Shown here: piece by piece, positions 32,173 through 42,821 of the stretch | Numbering within the stretch: position 1 is the stretch's first letter | How the letters are laid out: each line of letters opens with the position of its first letter | Assembly: GCA_965240325.2 (NCBI GenBank) | Contig: OZ251227.1 | Span: forward strand, 1,302,001-1,366,000 | DNA length: 64,000 nt | From: Rebecca billardiae RCC1528 | Taxonomy: Eukaryota > Protista > Haptophyta | Reading direction: 5' to 3' | The notes under the pieces: generated by a model | Told to the model about the DNA's origin: nothing | Database searches by the model: none | What the model saw: only the letters and a program-made list of their open reading frames with translations | Program-made: the position numbers and the translations under genes

Positions 32173-35031
32173 ATGCTCTCCGCGGCCGAGCTCTCGGCAG
32201 TGTACGGCGCAGGCCACTCGGGCAACGCGCGCGGCTTCTCGGTCCGCGCGACCGGCCGCCTGAGCGCGTACGAGCTCTCCGATGTGTACGGCTCCATGAC
32301 CATCGGCGCACCTCCACGCGACGCGTCCGAGGGCGGCTCTGGCCCGGCGCGCGCGGACAACCGGCGCACGATCGCGTCGAGCGGCCCGAAGAGCAAGGCG
32401 GGCGGGCTGAAGGTGGGCGGGGCGTTCAAGAAGGGCCCGAACCCGCCCTTCCTCGCGCGCCGCGCCCAGCTCTTCGACCGGATGCTCGAGCAGCAGGCGA
32501 GCCGGCTCGCTTCGCTCCCGAAGGAGCAGATCACCGTCACCATGCCCGACGGCAAGCAGCTGCAGAAGACGGCGTGGGTGGACTCGCCGCTGTCGATCGC
32601 CGAGGGCATCGGCAAGCAGTTCGCGGGGCGCATGTGCGTCGCCGCGCTCAAGTACTCCCGCCGCCTCCCCGGCATCGGCGAGGTGATCGTCGCGGACGAC
32701 ATGGACGACGACGCAGAGGCGCACACGGAGGGCGGCTGGGAGCTGTGGGACCTGGCGCGGCCGTTCGAGGGGGACTGCGAGCTCAAGCTGATCGGGTTTG
32801 ACGAGCCCGAGGGGCGCGAGACCTTCTGGCACTCCTCCTCGCACGTGCTCGGCGGCGCGCTCGAGCAGCTGTACGGCTCGCAGCTGACGCACGGCCCGCC
32901 CACCTCGGGCGGCTTCTTCTACGACTCGTACATGGGCACGGACGTGGTGCCCGCGGACGAGCACGGGGCGATCGAGAAGAAGGCGAAGGAGATCAGCAAG
33001 GCGAAGAGCCCGTTCGTCCGCCTCGTCATCTCCAAGGAGCAGGCCCTCGAGCTCTTCTCCGACAACCCGTTCAAGGTGCACACGATCCAGACCAAGGTGC
33101 CGGACGGCGCGCTCACGACCGCGTACCGCTGCGGCGATGTGGTCGACCTCTGCCGCGGGCCGCACCTGCCGCACACGGGCAAGGTGGAGGCGTTCGCCGT
33201 GGTGAAGAACTCGTCCGCCTACTTCCTCGGCCAGGTGCGCCGCCTGCGCGCGCGCGCCGGCGGCGGGAGGGATGGCGCGGCGCGCGCGCGCGCGCGGGGC
33301 GCGTTCCGACGCCGCGCTCGCCGCCCGCCCGCCCTCGCTGCCGCCCTCCCGCCGTGCGCCGCGCAGGCGAACTGCGACTCGCTGCAGCGCGTGTACGGCA
33401 TCTCCTTCCCCGACTCGAAGCAGCTCAACAAGTGGCGCAAGTTCCAGGAGGAGGCGGCGAAGCGCGACCACCGGCGCATCGGCACCGACCAGGAGCTGTT
33501 CTTCTTCCACGAGCTCTCGCCCGGCAGCTGCTTCTTCCTGCCGCACGGCGCGCGGCTGTACAACGCGCTGATCGAGTTCATCCGCGGGCGGTACTGGGGC
33601 ACGGGCGCGCCCGGCGACCGCGTGTACCACGAGGTGATCACGCCCAACATGTACAACATGGACCTGTGGGTCACCTCGGGACACGCCGCAAAGTGCGCAC
33701 TTGCGCTGCGCGGCGCCGCGAAGCGAGCGCGCCGCGAGCGCGCGCGGCTGGCCGCCCGCCGGCCGAAGGCCCCGCGTGCGCTGATGGCGGCCGCGCGCGC
33801 TCTGTGCGCCGGTCTCTGTGCGCCCCTGCAGGTACAAGGAGCACATGTTCAACTTCGACGTGGAGCGTCAGGAGTTTGGGCTCAAGCCAATGAACTGCCC
33901 GGGCCACTGCCTCATGTTCAAGCACCGCGTGCGCTCGTACCGCGAGCTGCCGCTGCGGCTCGCCGACTTTGGCGTGCTGCACCGCAACGAGCTGTCGGGC
34001 GCGCTCACCGGGCTCACGCGCGTCCGCCGCTTCCAGCAGGACGACGCGCACATCTTCTGCACGCTCGGGCAGGTGAAGTCCGAGGTGCGCGGCGTGCTTG
34101 AGCTCATCCAGTCCGTGTACGAGGTCTTCGGGATGACCTTCTCGCTCTGCCTCTCCACGCGGCCCGAGACGAAGATCGGGGACGAGGCGCTGTGGGACCG
34201 CGCGGAGCAGTACATGCGCGAGGCGCTCGACGAGTTCGGCCAGCCGTGGAAGCTCAACCCGGGCGACGGCGCCTTCTACGGCCCCAAGATTGACGTGCGC
34301 GTGTACGACGCGCTCGAGCGGCCGCACCAGTGCGCGACCGTGCAGCTCGACTTCAACCTGCCCAACCGCTTCGACCTGTCGTACACGGGCGCGGGGACCG
34401 AGGCGAAGGACGCGCTCACCGGCACGTCGAGCGACGCCGACCGCGCGCTCGCCGACCTCGGCAAGCTGCGCCCCGTGATGGTGCACCGAGCAATCCTCGG
34501 CTCGGTCGAGCGGATGATCGCCATCCTGACCGAGCACTACGCGGGCAAGTGGCCGCTCTGGCTCTCGCCCAGGCAGATCATCCTCGTGCCCGTGAGTAAG
34601 GAGCAGTTCGAGTACGCGGAGGAGCTGCGCCAGATCTTCCACGGGGTGCGCGCGCGGCGCGCGCAGCCGCGTGCGCCCCGCCGGCGCCGCGGGCCGGCGA
34701 CCGCCCTGCCGAGCCCACGCCCCCCACCCGTCGGCGCCCCCCTCCCCACGCACCGTGCGCGCAGGCGGGCTTCCACGTGGACGTGGACAGCACGCTCAAC
34801 ACGCTCAAGAAGATGATCCGGGAGGCGGAGCTCAAGCAGTACAACTACATCCTCACGATCGGGCGGAACGAGGTCGCCGCGCGCTCGGTCAACGTGCGCG
34901 CGCGCTCGGGCGCGCAGCTGGGCGAGCAGAAGGTCGACGAGTTCCTGTCGTACATCCAGGCGGAGAAGAAGGCGTACGGCGTCGGCTACAGCCACACCGC
35001 AGCGCCCGCGACCGCGCCGCCCAAGGAATGA
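32173..35031 (+). CDS. TARS: Cytosolic threonyl-tRNA synthetase. Introns 33235-33366, 33693-33831 and 34646-34764.
   Basis: TGS domain, [89 protein letters not shown] and the anticodon domain. Three GT-AG introns restore the frame. Confidence 0.96.
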
Positions 35032-35587
35032 CGGCGCTACAGCGGGCAGCGCTGCTGCCCGTGCCGTCCGATGGCGGGCGGCGGCGGCGGCGGCGCTAGC
35101 ACTGCCTCGCCCGGCCACGCGCGCGAGCAGACGCTCGGCGGGCGCCGTGCGTGCAGGCCTGCCCATGTCTCTCGCCGCGCTCGCCGCGCGCAGGGTCGCA
35201 CGCGCAACAGCTACGCACGTGCCCGGCCATTGTCCGGCGCACGCCCGTTCACTCCGTTGCGCACGCTGAGCGAGATCAAGGCGATGAGCCCGTGAGTGAC
35301 GCCGACTCTGAACGGAGTACAGTAGACGTAGTTACCCGAACCCGACCACCGGCCCCGAGACCGAATGACGAGCAGGCTGCGGCCTTCCGGCTTCCAGAAT
35401 CCAGCAGTGACCAGCTGCTGCCGGACAGCAGATGAACCGCCACTTAAGTCGCAGTCCATCCCGCATGAGCCGATGAGGCATGAGCAGCCGATCATCGTCA
35501 TCACACTCGGTGCATGCAGTATGATTATGATCACGTACTACCGGTCGCGGCACCCGTGACCGTGACGTGACGATCGACGATTCGGAT

Positions 35588-35665
35588 TATTAATTATATA
35601 TATACGTCTTTATATACTCGCGAATATATATATACATATACACACACACACATATATATATATAT
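35588..35665. repeat. (TA)n/(CA)n microsatellite (second copy at 46237-46314)
   Basis: TATATATA and CACACACAC runs. Confidence 0.85.
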
Positions 35666-36169
35666 GACAGCGCGCTTTATAAGCCTAATAAGGCCGCGTG
35701 AATCAGGCGGGCGTGAGCCGCCAAGCGCGCGCTAGCAGTGCGCGCGCTGACGATGATGATGAGCCGATCATCAGATCATCAGCATCACTGAGGCGGATGT
35801 TATTTATTTATTTATAATATATTTCTAATATTTTAGTCTATATATATATGCTGAGACTGATGATGACTGAGGCGGCGGCGCTTTATGCGGCTCGTCCGAC
35901 TGCCGTGGGGCGGTCGTGATGGGCGTGGTGAGTAGCTACCGTCGGTGTCCCGCGGCGCGCGTGGTGCGGAAACAGCGGAATCGGCCAAGCCGAACGGCCG
36001 ATTAAGCTCGAGTACCGGGAGCCAGTAGGCGACCGCGGGAAGCCTAGCTAGCAACGTCGTGGTGAGGGTGTTCGACGATGGTCAGGCACTTATTGATTGA
36101 CCTGTGCTAGCGAATAGTGATGATGCTGATGGACCGTGCTTGAATCATGAATGGCATCGGATCAATCAA

Positions 36170-37747
36170 TCAAGCGTCACCCGAGGACTCAGAGTCAGCC
36201 CCAGGGTCGGCGCCTGCCATCCCCCTCCCCGCGCGTTCGCCATGGGACGCGGCGGCGCCGCCGGCGCGCGACAGCGCAGCTGCCGCCGCCGGGCCGTCTG
36301 ACGCAATCGCAGCGAGGTGCGCCAGCTCATCGGTGAGCACGGCGATGTGGCGCTCCTGGCGGCGGCGCGCGGCCTCAGACTGCTCCAGCGCCGCCTGAAG
36401 CGCCGCCACGTCCACGTCCGAGGGCGGGGCGCGGGGCGGCCCGCCGTGGACCCCGCCACCTCGCGTGGGCGGGCGGCGCGTCGCGCCCCGGCGCCCGTCT
36501 TGCGCCGCAAGCAGCAGCGCGCGCAGCCGGCTGTTTTCAGACTCGAGCCTGCGCATGCGCGCGCCCAGGGACGCGTCCGGCACGGGCCGCGTCGGCGCGG
36601 CACGCCGCGTCCGGCTCGCCGTCGGAGGCGGCGGCATGCGCACGGCGGACTTTGACGCCGTGTAAGAGAGCTGCGCCGTGGCGGCGTGTGGCGCACGCGC
36701 GCGCCCGTGCTGGTCGGGCGCGCGCTCGGCCGTCGGGCCCCAGGCTCGCGCGGGCTGGGCTCGAGTCCAGCTGGCGCTCAGCAGCTCGGTGCGGCCGGAG
36801 GCCTCGGCGGCGGTCAGGCGGGGCGTCGGACGCGCTGGCGCGCTCAGCCGGCGAAGCGCGGGCACGGGGACGAGCCACGGCCCCGCGGACAACCGTCTCC
36901 CATACGGCTGCCCAGGTGGCGGCGTCGAGGCCCGCCGGCTGCGAGCGCGCGAGGACGAGCCATCGTCGCTCGCGCGCGTGCGCGGCGCGCTCCGCGGCCG
37001 CGGAGCGCTCAGCCGCACACGGGCCGTGCCCGCTGCGGCGACGTCCAGCGCGGCAGCACTCCGGCGGCGCGGCGGGCCGCGGCGTGTGGAGATCGTCGCG
37101 CTCGAAGAAGTGGCGACACGGCGCGTGACGGTGCTCTCGCGCCGTGAGGCTGAGGCTGAGAGCAGGCGCTCAGCGCCCGGCTGGGGCGCGCCCGCCGCCG
37201 AGGTGCGCGCGGAGGAGCTTCCGGCCTTCTGATCGGCGGCTTGGCCCTGCTCGGGGGGCGTGGGCTGCGGCGCACCGTCGTCGGCCATCACCTCGGCCAG
37301 CCGGTTGCGCAGCTTTTGCAGGCGCACGAGGTCAGAGATGCGCTCGCGACTGCCGTCGTGCGGGCTTCCGCTGCTGCGCGCTGGCGAGCGGCCGCCGCGT
37401 GGGCTGCTGGCGGGCCGTACTGCGCCAAAGGCGGGGGCTAGGTTGCGCCGCCGGCTACGTCGGCGAGCAGCTGCGCCCTCAGCGTCCTCGTCCTCGTCCT
37501 CGTCCTCCTCGTCGGAGGACGCAGCTGCTGCGCTTCGGGTGCGTGTGACCCCAAGCGACGCGCCTTCGCTGCCAGACTCGGCGCGCAGCTGGTTGACGTA
37601 CGCACGTATCTGCGACACAGATATCCGGTCGCCTTCGCGCGCAGACCCCGCGTCGATCTCATCGAGCCGACTCGTGTACTCGCGCAGCGCCGCCAGCTCC
37701 GACCGCGTCGTCGCGCTCACGCGTTGGTCGAGCGCCGACGCAGACAT
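36170..37747 (-). CDS. Hypothetical low-complexity coiled-coil protein
   Basis: 525-aa ORF with acidic run SSDEEDEDEDED and heptad segments RMRRLESENSRLRALL and LQAALEQSEAARRRQERHIAVLTDEL. No family recognised. Confidence 0.6.
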   Translation of the reverse strand: MSASALDQRVSATTRSELAALREYTSRLDEIDAGSAREGDRISVSQIRAYVNQLRAESGSEGASLGVTRTRSAAAASSDEEDEDEDEDAEGAAARRRSRRRNLAPAFGAVRPASSPRGGRSPARSSGSPHDGSRERISDLVRLQKLRNRLAEVMADDGAPQPTPPEQGQAADQKAGSSSARTSAAGAPQPGAERLLSASASRRESTVTRRVATSSSATISTRRGPPRRRSAAALDVAAAGTARVRLSAPRPRSAPRTRASDDGSSSRARSRRASTPPPGQPYGRRLSAGPWLVPVPALRRLSAPARPTPRLTAAEASGRTELLSASWTRAQPARAWGPTAERAPDQHGRARAPHAATAQLSYTASKSAVRMPPPPTASRTRRAAPTRPVPDASLGARMRRLESENSRLRALLLAAQDGRRGATRRPPTRGGGVHGGPPRAPPSDVDVAALQAALEQSEAARRRQERHIAVLTDELAHLAAIASDGPAAAAALSRAGGAAASHGERAGRGMAGADPGADSESSGDA

Positions 37748-38156
37748 CGTGCGCAGACCTTACCTCCGAGCGGCGGAGCGGCCGAGCGGGCGATTCGTAC
37801 GAAAAGCATGGCGGCGAAAAATGAGCGCGACGGCGACGGGCCTATGATAATCATATGCTCCAATGCGCGCCTCAATGACGAAATTGCTACTACTATCACT
37901 ACTAGTACCAGGCCGCCGGAATCGTCGTCACTACTACTACCAGGCGCGAGGTCGCAGACTTTGCAAATATTCCCCGCGAATCCGGCGCTTCGGCCACGCT
38001 GCTTGGCCTTGCGCCTGGCCCCCATTGGCCCTTTGTGCATCACCTAGCCCATGCGCTCGAAGCTGGGAGAAGCAAGGGACCGAAGCAAACGTTGCAGCCA
38101 CGAGCCCGAAAGCTCGAAAGCCAGCTGGCGCGGAAGGATTCCAACAGGTCGCCGAC

Positions 38157-39669
38157 ATGTGCCGCTCCGTGGATGCGCCGCTACCGTCGCCGACGGCGGC
38201 GAGCACGCGGAAGCCGGCGGCGGCAGACGTGCCCTCGCCGAAGCGCACGCGGTTGTGGCGCCTGTACGGCGCGGTCTACGACTTGGAGGCCTTCGTCAAG
38301 TCGCACCCGGGCGGCGAGGTGGCCATCCGGCTCGCGCAAGGAACCGACGACGCGAGCGACCTGTTTGCTTCATACCACCCGGTGGGGCACGGGCGCGCGT
38401 GGAGCGTGCTCGAATCGTTCCGCGTCGGCGGCGAGCCGCCTAAGCCCGCCCCCCCGTCGCAGTTCGCTCTCGACCTCCGGGCCATGGTCCGCGAGCACTT
38501 TGGTACCACCTCGCGCGCGCCTCACAAGGCGACGGCAGGGCACGCGGCGGTCTGCTTCGTGTTCGCGGCGGTGCAGATCGCGTGCTGGGTGGGATGGATG
38601 CGCGGCTCGTACGCGGCCATGCTTGGCGCCACCTTCTTCCACTGGCTCACCGCCGTCAACATCTCGCACGATGCGTCGCACTTTGCCTTCTCGGCGTCGC
38701 CGGCCGTGAACGAGCTGCTGGTGTACGCGTCGCTGCCGCTCATGTTCGCGCCGCTGACATGGTACCACCAGCACGTGGTCGCGCACCACACGGGCTGCAA
38801 CGACGTCTCGCGCGACGTCGACCTGCAGCACTTCGCGCCGATGAAGCTGCACCCGTCCGACAGCCGCACCAACCCGCACGGCGGGCACACGCTGCTGGAC
38901 TACGCCAAGGTGCTCGTGTCGAGCGTGCACCTGGTGCTCGGCGTGCCGCTCTTCAACTCGGGGCTGCTGCCGTTCGACTGGTACACCGCGCACTACGCGC
39001 CGGCGGTCCTCCTGCTCCCCGGCCTCAAGGCCTCCCCGCTCCGCCGCGCGCTCAACCTGCTGCCGCCTGTTCTCTTCGCCGCGTTTGCCGCCTACCCGAT
39101 GCTCGCCTTCGACGCGCTGCACAAGCGCGCGCTGTTCGTGCTCGTGCCGATCGTGGGCTCGAGCCTGGTGTTCCTGCTCTTCACGCAGGTGTCGCACATC
39201 CAACCCGAGGCGCAGCTCGCCGAGACGCAGCTCGAGCCCGACTTCTTCAAGCGGCAGGCGCGCACGGCGGTCGACTACTCGACCGGCTCGACGTTCTGGG
39301 GCTACATGTCGGGCGGGCTCAACCTGCAGTCGCTGCACCACTGCCTGCCGTACGTGAACAGCTGCCACTTCGGGGCGCTGTACCCCAAGTTCGAGGCTGT
39401 GTGCGCGCGCCACGGCGTCGTGCTTGTCAAGCGGCGCGGCATCTGGGACGCGGCGTGCACGGCGATGCGGCACGTGTGGACGCTCAACGGTGCGCAGCGG
39501 CAGCGCACGCCTGCTGCGCTGCGCTCGCTGGCGCGCGATGCGGCGCCGACGGGCGCGCGCAGTGCTCGCTGCGCCACTCATCTCCGCCCTCGTCGACTTT
39601 CCCCCCCCTTCGCCTCCGCTTGCAGGCTCTCAGCGCAAGCTCATGCTGAACGAAGCTGTCTTTGGGTAG
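38157..39669 (+). CDS. Front-end fatty acid desaturase with N-terminal cytochrome b5 domain. Exons 38157-39489 and 39626-39669.
   Basis: VYDL..F...HPGG heme motif and His boxes HDASH, HVVAHH, QSLHH. Intron 39490-39625 (G|GTGCGC...TTGCAG|GC). Start codon is tentative. Confidence 0.9.
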
Positions 39670-40318
39670 GCGGTGGCTGCGCCAATCTCTTGTTCGATCA
39701 GCTTCGATCACGGCGGGAGCATGCTGTGACACAGTTGTGCCCTGCGCCGTGGTCGAGCAGCGGAGCCGGCGTGCATGCGGGCACTCCCGTCGCTGCGCAC
39801 GCTGGCTTGCGCGCGCTGCTGGCTGCCTCACGGGGCTGGCACGCGTAGCGCAGCGGCACGGCAGCATGATCGCTGCTCACATCGGTGACCGCTCCGCGTA
39901 TTCGGAGCGGCGTATTCGCGCCATGCAATTGCAAGTCTGCTCCTCAGAGACTGCTGGCGGAAGCACTGTTGGCCGGTGGCGGCCAGGCTGCGGCCTCCGC
40001 CTCTTACACTTTCGGCTACGACCCCTGCCCCTGCCAGGACAGCCGCCAGCCAGCCTGATGATGGGTAGTCACGTGGTCGTAGACGTAGTCGTCACTAGTC
40101 GCGCGGCGACTCGTCAGCGGCGTCAGCCCCGACGGGCCGATTCCGCGGCGGCCACGCCCGCCGCCCCGCGTGGGCCACGGTCCGCAGTCGGCGCGCCGCG
40201 GCGCCCCGCGGGCGCCCGGCGCGCGGCGGAGGCGCCGCGGCGTCGCGGGTAGTCGTCCGCTATTGTATAAGCTAGCAGTTATAGTAATAATAGCACTTAT
40301 TGACCTTGTCGTCAACTT

Positions 40319-41231
40319 GGCCTGTTTTATTTCTACCAGCAGATTCCATTTACTATGTCACGGCGACAAACCCTTGGCCGCCAGTGGGAATCGGTGTCAC
40401 GCCCCGTTGGGTGTACCTCTCACGGCCGATGGCGGCCCCCACGTGCGCGAGGAACGCGATTCCTGCACTCCTCAGTGACCGGTGAGTGCAGGAATCCAGT
40501 TGCGGCTCTCGTCCGCCTCGCCATTGTCGCACACGAGGTACACCCAACACCATGGGTCGGATCCTAGAACTCTCCGCGCGCTCGCGCCCGCGCGGCGAGG
40601 GCACTGGCAGGCTTGTTCTCATCATCTTGTCCAAGACTGCAGCCTGCTAGATGCGCGAGGACGCGTGTGCACGCCTTTCCGCGCGTCATGGGTGCGCGTG
40701 GCACGCACCTTGTCGTCATCTACGCCGAGGAGGCTTCAGCAACCGGCCCACCAACCTGCCGTGACCACGTTCAAATGCAGGCCGGCAGTAGCTGCATGCG
40801 AGCGCACGCAACAGAAACATCTCACGCTCGACAAGGAAGTGGTGGCGGACCGAGTAGAGCTGGAATCATTTGCAGTCCATCTGTTGTTCAAGTATCCTGG
40901 TTCACCAGCTGACACGGGCGCGACGCAGCCAAGGCAGAGTGCTTGCAGCTTGCAGCGCGCCCGCAAGTCGCAACTACTGCGGTCTGCCGCCGCGGCGTGG
41001 CGATCGTCACACTGCCGTGCGCTGCGAGTGACCTCTGTGTCATGGCGAAGCAAGCAGCATGTCTTGGCAACACCTTTCGCTACAGCTCAGCGCCCTAGTA
41101 CGAACATGCGCCAACGACGTGCCATCACTACTCTGCAATCGCGCCGGCACCCACCAGCGGGCAAGCCGCAAGCCGCCATTTTACCCGCGTTTTGGCGAAT
41201 GTCGCTGGGCTCTCGTAGAAATAAAACAGGC
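40319..41231. mobile_element. ~0.9-kb non-autonomous TIR element, copy 1
   Basis: Left GGCCTGTTTTATTTCTAC (40319) and right GTAGAAATAAAACAGGC (41215-41231). Confidence 0.65.
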
Positions 41232-41463
41232 GGCCGATTACAGTGCGCTTATCCGACGAACAGACTATACTTATTATCTGCTGCTCCCGCGACATCGGCG
41301 CTCCGGCCTCCTCCTCGCAAGCCGCCAGCGCGGGCGCCCCCCCATAATAAGCTCGCGTCAGACGCGCGCGACAACAACGCGCGCCGTCAGTCTGAGTCTG
41401 AGTCCGAAGTGCGTCGTACTCGTCTGTCAGACACGAGCAGCAGGCAGCCCGGCGCGCCACCCC

Positions 41464-41718
41464 CTACGCCGCGCCCTCGCCCGGCGGCGCGGGCGCGGGC
41501 GCGGCGGGCCGCGGGTGCGGCGACGGCCCCTGCTGCAGCGCGCGCTCGTACGGCGTGTCGAAGCCGAGCTCGTCGGGCCGCGGCGGCGCGGACGCCATCG
41601 CGTCGGCAAACTCGTCGTCAAACGACGAGCGCGCGCCCTCGGGCGCGGCCGCGAGCTTGCCGTCGGCGGAGCGGCGCATGTCGAGCGTCGGGATGGCGGG
41701 GCGGGACGAGCCCTCGCG
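41464..41718 (-). CDS. Probable 3' end of an unrelated gene truncated by the gap
   Basis: Coding-like C-terminus ...SSFDDEFADAMASAPPRPDELGFDTPYERALQQG...GEGAA* runs from the Ns. It is not present after copy 2. Confidence 0.4.
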   Translation of the reverse strand, partial: REGSSRPAIPTLDMRRSADGKLAAAPEGARSSFDDEFADAMASAPPRPDELGFDTPYERALQQGPSPHPRPAAPAPAPPGEGAA

Positions 41719-41918
41719 NNNNNNNNNNNNNNNNNNNNNNNNNNNNNNNNNNNNNNNNNNNNNNNNNNNNNNNNNNNNNNNNNNNNNNNNNNNNNNNNNN
41801 NNNNNNNNNNNNNNNNNNNNNNNNNNNNNNNNNNNNNNNNNNNNNNNNNNNNNNNNNNNNNNNNNNNNNNNNNNNNNNNNNNNNNNNNNNNNNNNNNNNN
41901 NNNNNNNNNNNNNNNNNN
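41719..41918. other. Assembly gap of 200 N
   Basis: Run of N. Confidence 1.
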
Positions 41919-42656
41919 CTGGCCGCCCTGGGCGAGCAGGTCGCCGAGCATGCGCATGGCGCGCTGGTTGTGCGCCCGCTTCTGCTCCTTGAGCTCGGGC
42001 GGGTTCTCGATGTGCCGCTTCGAGAAGATGTTGAGCAGATTGCGCCCGAGGCTCATCGGCGCCGCCATCGGGTCGGTCGTCACGCGATCGCCCGCGACCG
42101 AGATCATGTGCGGGCAGAGCGTCGGGTACTTGTCGTCGAGCAGGATGGAGAGCACGGTGGGGTCGGGCTCGATCTGGTGGTTCGAGAAGATGATCACGTT
42201 CTCGCCCGCCGCGAGCTGCTCGGTGATGCGCACGAGCTGCTCCTCGCCGAGGATCACCGACTGCTCGAGGTTGACCATCGGCTCGAAGAAACTCTTGCCA
42301 AATTCGTAGTAATCAAACGGCTCGCGCAGCGAGCGGTGCAGGGGCTCGAACCGGTACGGGTCGCGCACCTGGTCAATGGCCAGCTTGATGTACGTCGCGA
42401 GCTGCTGGTCCGCCACGTCCGGGTCCGTGCTCGCGCCCTTGGCGCACGTGGCGTACTGCCCCTCGAGCCCCTGCGCAACCGCGATGAATCCGGGCGGCGC
42501 CGCGCCCGAGGCCTGCAGCTGGTGCACGAGGCCCTGCACGCGGCTCGGGCCGGTGGTGGAGGTCATGCGCATGCCCGAGCGAGGGGTGACCGCCTGCCGC
42601 AGAAAGGCGCCCCCCGCCAGGCCCGCGAGCATGACATGCATCACGGCCGGTGTCAT
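41919..42656 (-). CDS. Plastid GPAT duplicate, 5' part only (cut by the gap)
   Basis: Matches 31270-32007. Confidence 0.85.
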
Positions 42657-42821
42657 TGTGTGCGCCGATGCACGAGGGAGGGACGGATCCGTCACTCCGC
42701 GTGGCCAGAGATTCTCTCTGCGCGGCTAAAAAAGATTTCAGATTTGCGCGGGAACAAAAAGACTCCGGGGCGGGCAGCAGCCATCGCACGTCCACGCGTC
42801 CCCGCCCGGGCCGGCGGCATC

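Noticed and set aside
33235-33366. 44-aa Arg/Ala insertion in ThrRS
   Set aside because: It is a stop-free 132-nt GT-AG intron. Removing it restores [17 protein letters not shown].
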